The translations under genes and the position numbers were made by a program. Shown here one piece after another: positions 36,620-49,875 of a DNA stretch of 64,000 nt. The notes under the pieces are model-generated. The model saw only the letters and a list, made by a program, of their open reading frames with translations, was not told the DNA's origin and did no database searches. Every line of letters begins with the position of its first letter. Position 1 is the stretch's first letter. Source of the stretch: Oopsacas minuta (taxonomy: Eukaryota > Animalia > Porifera); NCBI GenBank assembly GCA_024704765.1, contig JAKMXF010000002.1, forward strand, positions 1 to 64,000, read 5' to 3'.

Positions 36620-37330
36620 TACAGTATTGATTGATCTCATATAAGGCATATTTGTAGAAATGCTCTTTTTTTGCTATAGGATTGAATAGAAGTGCCTTTT
36701 ACTCAATATACTAAAGCCAGCAAGGTGGTACTGAAGTGTCCGTTGGTTGTGACGATGGTAGAATGTTCATCAATATCACTTGCAAAAAATGTCTGGCAAT
36801 TCGGGTAGATGTCCGATTTCAATTGTTAGCAAGACAGGTATTGACCTGAATTGACCAGATATCCTCTCGAAGACAGCAGTAGTTGATCCACATGAGTTAC
36901 ATTTAATAGGAACGAGAAATCGGTTAACAGATGATTACAGGTTAGTAATAATGCCTCCTATATTGCTAATCTTGCAAGCTGTTTCAAAGTCATTGGTGTA
37001 TTGGTGGCATTGGAAGATAGGAAATATTTATCGTTACACAAATGTTCTGTTCATAAATCTTTGATGATGTTACCCTCTGATCAAAAGAAATGGGAAGAAA
37101 ATATTTATCCAGTGGAATCATAAATAACTTTTAGCCCAATATTAATGGGTGTATATTCTCGATCTTTCTCAAATTCCCAATCATCAGCCAATTGGAATTT
37201 AGCTCCAATATGTGTTCTTCCAAATAACTTCAGTGAGTCTATGATGGCTGCTATAATCGAACTAAAAATAGCCAGCATATTGTCGCTAGAACAGGTGTTA
37301 GATTGCACGATTTTGTTATACTCTCCTCCA
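36620..37330 (-). pseudogene. Decayed cysteine-protease-like ORF (tentatively USP/C19 fold)
   Basis: In order: SNTCSSDNMLAIF (Cys-box-like), CNSC, PVLLTIEIG, YHLAGF..HFYS (His-box-like). Multiple stops and frameshifts. Abuts the mariner end at 37419. Confidence 0.35.
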
Positions 37331-37418
37331 CTTTAGGGTATGGAATAACTTCTGAACATTTTGTATAGCTGGTTCTGGTATTTTTATGATCTCATAAACT
37401 TCCTCTGTTGGAATATTA

Positions 37419-38270
37419 CTTAGGGCATTCAAAAAGTTTCAATCTTGGTTTAATATCTTGAAAATACAACAAATTACAAATCAAATTTCTACATAAAATG
37501 TTCGAAACACTCACCCTCTACATCAATTCATAGTTGTAGCCTTTCAACCCAATTTGAAAATGTTTTTAATACTCGTCCATGTCCACTGAATTCAGGTAGT
37601 GGTAATCCCGTTTCCTAACACTTGTCGGGTATGAAACAGCCGTCCTCCGAGATTTTTTTTCCAGTTCAGGAAATAGTCAGAAATCACCAGGTGATAGATC
37701 TGGGGAATACGAAGGATGTTCCATCGTTTCAAACCCGATATCCTGAATAGCTTTCCTATCGTATTTTGAAACATGAGGCATGGCATTGTCGTGGAGAAGT
37801 TTGATTCCTCGAGTTACTGTAGGCGGATGTCGTGTTTTATAGACTTTCTCGAATTCTCTTAGGCATTTATCTGCGTAAAATTCTCCATTGAATCGTTCTC
37901 CTTTAGGCACAGGTATTTGAGCCACTGGCCATACGCATCAAAAATATGCTGTATAGAACCTTATCGTCTCGAAAGTCCGGACGTGCATTTTCGGATAGAT
38001 AAGAACCTTTTGGGAGCCACGATTTGGTTTGTTCCTTACGCACAGGTTCAGAAAATTTAATCCAAGTTTCGTCACCAGTTACGATTTCATAAAAGCTTCG
38101 AGAATCACAATCTCTATGATCTTTAAGCAATATTTTCGAGCACATGAAACCCTCTTCTCTTTTTGCCCCTTAGTGAAGATTTTTGGTATCCATGAAGTAT
38201 AGTATATAATATTTTCGGTCACCTCCACTGTGCTTTCATCAGTATCCGCCGCCAAAGATGCATTCATGTC
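37419..38270 (-). mobile_element. mariner (DD34D) element, 5' end not found, frameshifted
   Basis: The TIR TA|CTTAGGGCATTCAAAAAGTT matches the family at 24347. Motifs IVTGDETWI, LHDNAMPH and HPSYSPDLSPGDF, with a spacing of 34. Confidence 0.88.
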
Positions 38271-39496
38271 AGCAAAAGTATAGTAAAATACATATATTTA
38301 TATATTTGTTGCATCCTATGGACATAAACGTAAATTATATATGGTACGGATCATTCGTAGCAGTTTAAGCTTGGAAGTGCCGCTAGTGGTAGCATAAAAG
38401 ATGAAATAATTAGAATCTGGAGATAGATATTGTAATTATACTTACGTATATTCGATAAATGATTGGGGATATTTTGAACATACTCTTACATTGATTGGAA
38501 AGTTTTGAGATATTTCCATAAGTGCAGAACCATAAAGGGATTGGTGAGAGTCAGTACATCGATGAGGAAACCCCCAACTATTCAATCCATAAATGGGTTT
38601 TGTTAATAAATAAAGAGGCCTAGAATCTCTCCGATTGCTCTCTTTGATCAATGTAGAATAATGTGAAAATTCGTCAGAAACAATCTTGTGAGATAATTCA
38701 AAATCAACATCGCAAAGTTGTAACCTGTTTAAAGAATTATGTAAGTATGAGGAGAAAACATGCTATTTCAAAGCATAACTACAAAACAGAATTTAGTGAA
38801 TATACACTCTCAGAAGTAGAAAATACCCTAATGCAATAACACAGCTGGACCCTATATAAAAGCAGAATTTTACTTTCAAACTAAGTAAATACTTTATAAC
38901 AATTGAAAAATCACTATCAAATGCCTGGTTCGAATAAGATCTCGGGCCCGGTAACTGTATTAACTGGATGCGTGTGTTGCTCGATCTGCACAGCTACATT
39001 TGGCCTGTTTCATATACTAACGTGTCCCATACCATGGCCTTAGTCACACTGTTAGATTCAAATGATACTATATGTATGTAGCGCTATTAATTGAGAATAT
39101 GGTTATGCGATGGACCTATGGAGAGAACTAACCAGGGCCAGGGAAGGACAACCACGGTTTGATTTTGTTCACCACACTTGCTACCATGCTAACATCGCGA
39201 AAAGTTGAGATAATATACATATAAATCAGAAAATGCGTCAATAATCTATTTTGGTGGAGATTTCAAATATATAGGGCGTAAATTGATTCTACATTGCTAA
39301 TGTGAAATGTACAAGGAATATAAGGCAATGTGGTGCTATCAGTGGATGTACACTGAATTTCAAATACGTGCAGTATTTCCCTGAATAAGAGCCTAAGCCT
39401 AGAAAACGGCTCCAATAATTGAGAATAGAAATTCTCGCCACACACTAGATAAATATTTGGGTGAGGCTATTGTCAAAGAAGGTAACATGCGAAGTG

Positions 39497-42400
39497 GCAT
39501 CTGTATATTTTGATCGAATTTTTTGTAGAACTTAGATCAAATTTTCTTATGTCGAGCTTTGATCGAATGATGAAAAAGGCAAATTTTGATCCAAGTTATA
39601 CCAAAATGTCTTCAGTCGAACTTTGATCGAAAAAATGAGTACTTGTATTTACCACATAAATATCACGAGTTATATATTTTAGTTAACTAACGTAAGAATT
39701 CTTTTTATCAATTCGAGAACTAGTTTACATGCAAAATATCTGTGGCTGAAATCAGTCCAATAGAAGTTACGTCACCGAAATTATTGATTGAACGACTAAT
39801 ACGATCTAATGTGTACTATTTTGATCTGAAATCATCACTTTGAACTCATTGTTAGATTATTCCGATCGCAAATTAGCGTTAGATTCAATGTGTGTGTCTC
39901 ATCTTTAAACATCATTCCATAGGCTTAGATGTTCAGCTATATTTTTTGCAGTTTTTACTGTGCCGACTATACTTTAATATGAGGCTCTGTATTGATCTCA
40001 GTGCTTATTTGTTTTGTATTTTTTGTCTCTTGTTTGCGTTTCCGTTTTCGTTCTCCAGGCCACACTGTTTACGATTAAGAACTGAAAATTATCAAAGTGT
40101 TCAGTGTGAGTCTGTGCGACCTATAGATTTGTACCTTGGTATACGGTTTTGATCTGACATGATTGCCACTTCTGTGCTACTTTTAATTTACCATTAAAAT
40201 TGTATTAACATCTAGAAATTCCAATGGTTCTGATTTCATAAACTGTATTGTCTTTGAATATTTTATGCATCGCTCTTATTCATCTCAATCAATGGAATAT
40301 AGTGTTATTGAAGGTAAACAAATAGGTTCTGTTAACTATGAATGTCAATGCTGTCGATATATTCGGTCCTCCTCGTCTTCAACATCCATTTAATTGAGGT
40401 GTACCCTTGTGGAGGTGCAAAGAAATTGAATGTCATGGTACAGGGCGAATTGATCTCACAACTAATCTTTTTTACCGAAAAAAGATCATAATCACAATGA
40501 AGTCGCCTACGAATCCAGTGTAATAGTTCTGAATAATAGAATCAAACGTGCTGCAGAATCGTCAACAGGAAATCTAAGGGAAATCTTTGATGGTGTGACT
40601 TCTACGGATCAAGCAGGTGCATTAGTGAGTTATCGCAGTGTTCGAAATACGATGGTTAAAAGAAGAAAACTTGAATTACCAGGGAATCCTCTAACGCCTG
40701 AACAATTTGAAGTAATGATCAAACAAACACGATTAGCCCCACTTTTTCCGAACAATGATAATCTAATCAGAAGGCTTTGCAGCTGTATTCTGGTCTTATC
40801 TTATGTTTGAACCTCTGAAAAATACTGATGCAATCAATTTTGATGCAACATTTTTTGTTGTCCACAAATTAATTTACCAGTTGTTCACTATTTTCCTACA
40901 AGGTCATCATGCTTTGCCAGCCGTACATATTTTAATGTCAAAAAATCAGAATCTCTCTATGGTGCTGTTCTGCCAAAGGTAGCAGAATTTATGCCTGATT
41001 TCAAACCAAAATTAGCTGTAGGTGACTATGAAAGGGCATCAAGAAATTCATTTCGCACAGCTTTCAATTCGATAGAAGTATCAGGATGCCTGTTTCATTT
41101 TTCGAGAGTTATTTGGAAAAGGCTAACAAAGCTACATCTCACTTCTTCGTAAACAAAGAACTCTGAGTTTAATGGATGGGTTAGGTCTGTTATGGTACTT
41201 CCCATGTTACCTGAAGAAGAAATTCTACCAGTCTATAGATTGTTATCTGGAGTTAATCTACAAAATATGAATGATCATGTGATTAATAATCTTCAAAGGC
41301 TCAAGAGTTACATAAAGAGAGAATGGATTAACAGAAATGATTTATCAATATCCCATCCTATTCAAACAACTAATAACTGTTCTGAAGTATATCATCGGGT
41401 TTAAAGTCTCTCATCCGTGTAAAAAAGCCTAACCTATGGGCATTTATGGAATGTCTCGAAAAGACACTGAAAATATATGATCTTGAATACCAGAGAATGA
41501 AGAATAGCCTAGAAATTGGCGAGCGAAGTGCAAAGGATATAAATAATGAGAAAATTAGAAACAAATGTAAAGAAAAACTTCAAAGAAAAGAATGCACATC
41601 ACTAGAATATATATTAAAGAAATTTCAAATACTATTCGTAATCCGTAATTTCGACTTATTCGGGATCTACGGAATTGGAAGAAAGTATAGATGAAACTTC
41701 TGATAGTTCAAGCGATGAAAAATCAATAGTGAAGAACTGTGTATCATTTGTTTGAACAGTAGAGATTTAACGTTTGTCTTCATACCTTGTGGACATGCTA
41801 GTGTATGCGGAAATTGTGAACTGAATTTACGCTCGGTGATAGATGCCCAGTCTGTCGTTCTATTATAATGAGCAAGATGCAGATTTTCCAATAACGAAGT
41901 CAATCCAACGTTTGACATGTCAGTTTTAACTGGACATTAGAATTAGGTTACTGTGATAATATATTGTAGTTTAGTGATGGTATATTATCTAAAGTTAGAT
42001 AGCGAATATTACTTTATAGTTACATTACCCATATGCTATTAGAATGTAGAAGTAGTATATGCGCCATATGTGTTCTATCATAAGTTGTTTAATACTTCTT
42101 TCAGTGAAGACTCATTACGTACAACACATATTAGTTGTTCAATCAATAATTTTTGGTGACGTAACTTTTATTGGGCTGATTTCTGCCACAGATATTTTGC
42201 ATGTAACACTAGTTCCCGAATTGATAAAAGAAATCTCAGGTTAGTTAACCAAATTATATAGCTCGTGATATTTATGTGATAAATACAAGTTCTCATTTTT
42301 CGATTAAACTTCTCATTTTTCGATCAAAGTTCTACATATTTTCATAAAAGTTCTACATTTTTCGATCAAAAGTTCTCATTATTCAATCAAAGTTCGACTG

Positions 42401-42515
42401 AAGACATTTTAGTATAACTTTGATCAAAATTTGCCTTTTTCATCATTCGATCAAAGTTCGACATAAGAAAATTTGATCTAAGTTCTACAAAAATTCGATC
42501 AAAATATACAAATGC
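39497..42515 (+). mobile_element. Mutator/MULE element B with long TIRs (over 300 bp)
   Basis: GCATCTGTATATTTTGATCGAA.. is inverted against ..TTCGATCAAAATATACAAATGC, with arms about 39497-39810 and 42125-42515. The 8-bp flanking repeat GCGAAGTG/GTGAAGTG differs by one CpG-type change. Confidence 0.88.
40292..41894 (+). pseudogene. MULE transposase with FLYWCH and C-terminal C3HC4 RING finger (copy B)
   Basis: MEYSVIEGKQIGS..HNH, FDATFF, YQLFTIF..ALPAVHILMSK, GDYERAS, VSGCLFHFSR and TNNCSEVYHR, then CIICLNSRDLTFVFIPCGHASVCGNC..DRCPVCRS, ending at TAA 41892-41894. Confidence 0.85.
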
Positions 42516-43552
42516 GTGAAGTGCATGTTTTTGTTAGAATTTTAAGGCTGTCATCAGTAAATTCGCTCATATGTAACAAATTCGAATCAATTTCTTAGCT
42601 CACTGTAACAAGTTCGAATCGGTTTCGAGCTCACTGTTTCAATTAAGAATCTATTTTGAGCTTACTAAAACATGGGTGTATGAATCTCTTTTGAACCACA
42701 AATGTTTTAGTCTTGACAATTCCAATAGAATATGAAATTGTACTTAAATTCATTTGTCACAAAGAAATTCGTGAAAGATTCTCATATATTTGAGTATGAT
42801 TATGGGCGAAAATGAACTTGGAATAGTCAAGAATTTCAAAATATACTCCACCACAAATTGCGGGCCAATACATCTCAAATCCAGACATGTAAGTTTATTT
42901 ATTGAACTCAAATTCAGAAATCGAAGAGTATATATTGAATTACTGCGTAAGAAGAAAATATATGGTATGAAGAAAACAAACGAAATAATCGAAAGGAAGG
43001 AATGAATGGTATGGATCAATTTATAAATATTTGGAACCTATCTTCTAAGACCGAACGGCAGACTGGACAAGGCTGTGCCAACTCTTCAATCCTTTAGCTA
43101 CAACTAACGTAAAAGTTAGCATGTCTACGAAGCATAAACAAGCATGTAGTAGTACCGATTATGAGGCAGAAAACGCATTACTTTCAGCACTATCATTTGT
43201 CTGTTGCTCTTCTTCAGACTGTTTGGAATCATTCTAGATGAATTCAATAGTTGATTTGAGGTTACCAAATGTATATCCGATTGATGGTACAAACTCACAA
43301 CCAACGGTGAAAATACGTCATCTGATAATCTTGGTTGTAAAGATTTTTCCGTTCATCATTCTCAACGTGTACTGATTTCTTGACCTACATACAGTTAGAG
43401 GACAAAGGTATTCGACCACTTATCGTATTTATTACTAAGTATATCAAACTAACTCTAATTACATTAAGCACCAATAATTATTAGTTATAAACAGAAAATG
43501 AACAAGATTCATTTATGTAGATTGACGAATATCGATGTATAAGAATATCCTA

Positions 43553-43666
43553 CAGGGTGTAACAAATGTATTGTCGTTTAATACAATGAATCAAACGTAA
43601 GCAAAATACAACAATCATTACATTATTACTTCCCAATATAGCCTCCTTGTCTTTCTAATACGAGTC
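43553..43666. repeat. Isolated end fragment of the DD37E family at 44314
   Basis: TA|CAGGGTGTAACAAATGTATTGTCGTTT..CTTTCTAATACGAGT closely matches 44314-44430. Confidence 0.8.
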
Positions 43667-44313
43667 TAAAAGAACGGTTATGAAGTGAATTGAAGCAACT
43701 ATATGCATTAGGACCCCGTAAATACGAACACGGCCAATGCGAATTTCCTGATAGGGCGAACAAATTTTGACCGGATGGTGGTTTTCCTATTACCAAGTTC
43801 CACTGTACTCATTATAATTGGACTACCTTTTCAATGTCTCATATCCAAGCAGTATTGAGTGAAATGTATGATTTTGACAGAGTTGTAATTTTAATTGAAT
43901 TTACAGAAATTGGTTAGTCGCCTATCGCAAATCGTTTGAATAGGATTTTGGGTGGTTCTTACACAAAGCTATCAAGTATCAAAATATTATGTTACAATAC
44001 CTTCCTAAGCCTCTAGACTATAAGTTTATGCACTAAATTGCCAGTTTTGATTTGTTCGATTCATGTAATTTCTGAACTGGGTTCACAATCTAAGTTTTCA
44101 GCTTGGAAATTTCAAAGCAATATTTTATAATTTACAGATTTCGAAAATTATGACAAAACATAAATGTTTGTATCCATTCACAAAGTATTATCTATATCTT
44201 TGCTAACAAACATCGTTACCTATTTATAAAATGTTTGTAACTCCGTTTTATCATACAGTCGAACTTATCTATAACGCTCACCAAAGAGATTGCCCAAAAG
44301 TGGCCTTTACATA

Positions 44314-45634
44314 CAGGGTGTAACGAAGGTATTGTCGTTTATATAATGAATCAAACGTAAGCAAAATACAAGAATTATTATATTATTACTTCCCAATATA
44401 GTCCCCTTATCTTTCTAATACGAGTGCTACTCGCCTGAGCATACTGGAGACCATATTTCGCAAAACATCTCCTGAAATACCACTCCATGCCTTTTCCAAA
44501 TTTTTGATGAGGTTATTCACGGTGCTTGCTTGCTCAAACTCTTCCACTTTGTCTTTCAGTATTGACCATAAATTTTCAATGGGATTGAGGTCAGGTGAGT
44601 TCCCAGGCCACTCCGCTTTCTGCCAAAACGCTGGAAGATTCTGTTTGCCCCATTCTTGCGTTAGTTTGGCCGTATGAGCGGGAGCCCCATCTCGCATAAA
44701 AATTATCTCGGACATCTTTGAAGTCATGGCCTGCTGTAAAACCGATCCATTTTGCTCTTCTATTGATCGCATCTTTGCAAGATCCAGCCAAAATCTTCGT
44801 ACGATAGTACTCTCCATTAATAGTTTGCCCCTGAGGTGTAATATGCAGCTCAGATAAGGCTTGGTGAGACATCATGCCTCAAACGTGAACTTTCGCCGGC
44901 AATTTTATCTTTGTGTAGGGTTCGATTGAACCAGAATCCTTGCTCCAAACTCGGCCATTCTGTCTGTTTGGGGTTGGAAACAATTCGAATGGAGATTCAT
45001 TCACCACAGAACTCTATTCCAATCTTCTACAGTCCAATCCTTGTGTTTCTACGCAAATTCGATCTGGTTTTCCTTCATTTTCAAGGTCAATCGAGGCCTT
45101 TTCGGCCTTGTAAATGGCGTAGTACCTAGAGACTTTCTCAAATACGATGTACAAATGTGTGAGAGACATCACAACCCCTTCTCGTTAATCTCAGAACTAG
45201 CTTTCGTGTAGATTGCCTTCTCTTCCCCAAAGACTTTCCGATGACAATTTTCGGCGGACGTCTAGACTTAGGCTCGGATACCATTGATAATCCCAATTTA
45301 TCGCTACGCCCCCATCTCTGAACTGATCGAATATTGACATTCAACACTTGAGCAACCTTTTTAGGCGTTTCTCCTGCTTTAAGCATCCCCAATGTCTGAG
45401 GTCTTAAAGATAATCCGTAATCCTGGACATTCATATCACAACAATTAGGTAGAAATTTCCAAATGACGAAAATAATTCCAAAATATATTTATGTAAGATT
45501 TGACTTCACTCGAGTTTAACTAAGTAGTATAAAAACATATTTACTGAGAGAAATGAATAGCGAGGGTTATATACGAATGTGGAAATTGAATTTAATGTAT
45601 ATTAAAATGACGACATTACTTTTGTTACACCCTG
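44314..45634 (-). mobile_element. Tc1-like DD37E (TRT-type) element with frameshifted transposase 45434..44407
   Basis: TA|CAGGGTGTAAC ... GTTACACCCTG|TA. Motifs FMRDGAPAH and WPGNSPDLNPIENLW, with 37 residues counted between D and E. Confidence 0.88.
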
Positions 45635-47257
45635 TAATTATATGGGCGAATAAAAATACAACAAAATATTACCAATTCTGAAATAGTCGAATACTTTTGT
45701 CCTTTAACTGTATGTCTCGTACTTATTGTAGGCGGGTAAAATAATTATCGGTATCATGTATTATTTAATTAAGCATATATTCACAAAACTCTAATCCTTG
45801 AATGACATTTCTTTCTTATCTCTATGTTACAATATTATTTGTACAAATATTGATCTCTAAATGGATAGTTCTTCTAGGATAATTTAAGTTAACCAACATT
45901 TCTGGAACCATCACTTCAGATTATCGAGCTATATCATATCAAAATCATCCTAGATATTTCGTTGTAAACTGCTAGTCAAGGAAATCTGTTTTAACGAATG
46001 GTCCCCATATAATACTTTTAACCATGGATATTTTCTGCTTCCGCATTAATCCAGAGATTTAATCAATGAATATGTATAGAATATATAGACAGCTCCTCTA
46101 ACGAGACTTTTTTAATGATATTTGATCAATATTTCATGCCCTAAGCAGGGTCGGTCCTTACATTCGACAGTTGCCTAGGACAGGAACACGGCATAATCTT
46201 TGGATTTAGAGAAATGTATTCTTTCAATGCTGAAAATTGAGTAGTGGCGGTACGATATTGAAGATTTTGAAACCTCAAGGACCGGCCATGGCAATGAGGC
46301 TGTTGGTTGAATTGGAAACTTTATGAAATTTCGTCTGAAAAACTTAATATTTCAATTCATCATAGAGTTAGAGAGTTTACTCAAAATTTAGCACAAAAAT
46401 TGAATATCCACGAAATAGTACATTAGAATTCCCACTTGGTAATGTCTAATCGTTTGATACATAATAATCATCTCTAAAGTACGCACTTTTCCAATTCCTG
46501 CATATAGAGGTTCGTTTCCATGCAACAAAATGATTAATGGTGACCAAAAATTGTCCAGTTTAATCATAAACTTCTTTCAAAATGTCATCTAACCCATTAT
46601 CTTTAATAACTAATGCCGTTACTACTCCTTCTGAATATCAGATTTTTCCTGCCTCGAGCTCGTATCAAACAACTCTCTTACGAATAACTCTTTCTGCTCT
46701 TAGTTCCTATATTTCACAATTACATCATACTCGATTGAATCCATACTGCATTGTAAAGAATTAAGATTTTCACCCGGAATTAGATAAATATATTTAGGTG
46801 ATATGAGAAACAATTAAAATACAATAATTGTATTATAAACATGAATATGTATATTTTTCTCTAGATAAAATTGAATGTGAATTAATGCCATAAATATGAT
46901 TGATAATAAATATACGCTTAGTTTCAAGTAGAAAAAATCAAGCGATAAAAAGTTTTAAGGGGGCCATTTTTGTCAAAACAAATCGAGAGTTTAGATTTCA
47001 CATTTCGATTTGGATTGACGAAAATTGTTCGTATTAAATATTTTTTTGAAATGACCTCAGAAAATTCATTTCTTAGTCTGCGCTATCTACCAGATAGTTT
47101 TAAGTTTCAACATTTCGAATATCTCACTTAGTGAGTCATCATAAGATTGATCATAATTTCAAACCTTTTGAAAATATTTGGAATTGAGGCTAGAAATATA
47201 GTTTCAAGGTCTAGACATGGGTAAATTGCAGGAGAAATTTTAGGGATCTTAAACACC

Positions 47258-49825
47258 AAGAAGAAGATAGCAGCCAATTCAAAGTAAATAACGTGGTCAC
47301 TTCAATTGTATTTGACCGACTTTCAGTATAGCTAGAGAAAAAAACTTGTTATTATTCGCATGTATAGTGTTGGTGGATTACAAAAATGTTATCAAAATTG
47401 TAAAATATGTGTGATGACTTAGTATTGAGGTTCTGAAAATTTTCTATTCGTTTCAACAAAATGTGATATTTGAAAGGCTTCTCCTTATTATTTTGACACA
47501 AGTTTTCTTCTACATACTATTGAGGGTTGGTGGATTATGTGTTACCAATTCTTTTACAAATATTCATTACATTTTGAAATATTGTATTTTGAAAAATTCA
47601 GCGAAGAAGTTAGGCTAGGTCAATTCAGTCACTAATTTGACTCACTTATACTCATTAGATTTAAACGAAATTAGTATCATTAGAGAGAGGATAGTTGAAC
47701 GTTTTAAGCAATATGTTTTGATTTTATATACCTTTACTTTTAGTTACTTTTTTGGTTAAAAGTTTTAGTGTCACGACTCCATTGAATTTACTTACCTAAG
47801 AGTTGGAATTCGATTCTGAAATTATATATGCATTCTTTGGTGATATGGACGTTTCTGAAAATTCAATTTCATTAAAACATAAAAACAACTCGCAGAACTC
47901 GGGAGTGAGAGTGGTAGGGATGAATCATAATCTACATAAAGTAGGGTCAGTTCAAACTCATGTTTCTTACTCTAAATCCGCTTGAATTTCAATTATTTTT
48001 CTCCTAATCGATAGTTGAGATATAGAAGTTTATAAGATTATCTATATTTTCATGAAACATGAAGTTCAAATGGTACTTGAACGAGAAGATGTGCAACCCA
48101 CTGCAGGAAACGATGGTGCAACTGAAACTTCAATGGAGATAGATCCTAGTAGCGTGGACATACCGCCAGATCCATTAAGTGCAGATGATGATTCGGATTC
48201 TGAAGTACAACCTCTTACTCGAATGGAAGCTCTCAATAGTGTGAACATTACTGAAGGCATTGAAATGGTTGAGAAGGTTATACAAATAATGTCATCATTA
48301 GATGAAGATGAAGCTACTTATATGCTCACAAGGGTGTATCGCAAATGCCTAGACTTGAAAGCTGAGAAAAAGGACCTAAACTCAAAGCAAACTGTCCTTA
48401 GGGAGTATTTTGTTCCACAATTGGACACTTCATGTGATGTATAAATATGTATATATCAATACACTTAATTTCATAGACTCCTTAAATTGTTATACACGGT
48501 TAAATCAGAGGCGGATGATGCCCACACAATAAGAAACATATCGTCTCGTTCCTCGAATTGAAGTGTAAATATAGATTACCAAAATCATGAAACTGATATT
48601 GAACACTCAATTACAGTCGTACTTCCATCGTGTATACGTCTCACCATGCGACAACAATCATATTTAGGTGGTAGGAAAAATTAGATAGGTTAGTTCTGAG
48701 AAAATACCGTAAGATTAACGCAAATGTTACTAGCAACCACAAGTTAAGTACGTATATACTTATGTGCACAAGAATGAATTTAAACATTTACTCCAAATGA
48801 AAATGAACCCTTCAAAATATATTGCCACCAAATGTTAGAAAAACTACTAGCGAGCCTAGTGTCGTTTTACGAAATAGAATTATAAGATACGACAGAAGGC
48901 ATCTATTAATTTTGAAGGGTTCTGAAAAGAAATAAATTCAAGAATTGATCTCAAAGATAGAATTCGTGAGACACAAAAACCTGAAATTTATTGATTTTGC
49001 AGGCCGTTGCTGGTGATAAATTTAGTGTTTCATGAAAATATAGATAATCTTATAAACTTCTATATCTCAACTATCGATTAGGAGAAAAATAATTGAAATT
49101 CAAGCGGATTTAGAGTAAGAAACATGAGTTTGAACTGACCCTACTTTATGTAGATTATGATTCATCCCTACCACTCTCACTCCCGAGTTCAGCGAGTTGT
49201 TTTTATGTTTTAATTAAATTGAATTTTCAGAAACGTCCATATCACCAAAGAATGCATATATAATTTCAGAATCGAATTCCAACTCTTAGGTAAGTAAATT
49301 CAATGGAGTCGTGACACTAAAACTTTTAACCAAAAAAGTAACTAAAAGTAAAGGTATATAAAATCAAAACAAATTGCTTAAAACGTTCAACTATCCTCTT
49401 TCTAATGATACTAATTTCGTTTAAATCTAATGAGTATAAGTGAGTCAAATTAGTGACTGAATTGACCTAGCCTAACTTCTTCGCTGAATTTTTCAAAATA
49501 CAATATTTCAAAATGTAATGAATATTTGTAAAAGAATTGGTAACACATAATCCACCAACCCTCAATAGTATGTAGAAGAAAACTTGTGTCAAAATAAAAG
49601 GAGAAGCCTTTCAAATATCACATTTTGTTGAAACGAATAGAAAATTTTCAGAACCTCATACTAAGTCATCACACATATTTTTACAATTTTGATAACATTT
49701 TTGTAATCCACCAACGCCATAAATGCGAATAATAACAAGTTTTTTCTCTAGCTATACTGAAAGTCGGTCAAATACAATTGAAGTGACCACGTTATTTACT
49801 TTGAATTGACTGCTAACTTCTTCTT
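47258..49825. repeat. Long inverted repeat: about 800-bp arms (47258..48059 and 49026..49825) around a 966-bp spacer
   Basis: The arms are near-identical reverse complements by eye, with scattered substitutions and short indels. No TSD at the outer edges. Confidence 0.92.
48052..48444 (+). pseudogene. Probable C-terminal tail fragment of a Tigger/Jerky-like pogo transposase in the inverted-repeat spacer
   Basis: An acidic stretch (DDDSDSE), EALNSV and a terminal KQTVLREYF resemble the KQTxLxxFF tail of Tigger transposases. The ATG lies inside the repeat arm, so it is probably incidental. Confidence 0.45.
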
Positions 49826-49875
49826 CGTATCATATTCAAAGAATTTGAGCACAAAACATGAAGTTAAGTAGAGAC

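Noticed and set aside
48052-48444. 130-aa ORF as a novel host gene or cargo of a foldback element
   Set aside because: The start codon comes from the repeat arm, the C-terminus resembles a Tigger transposase tail, and the flanking inverted repeat has no TSD.
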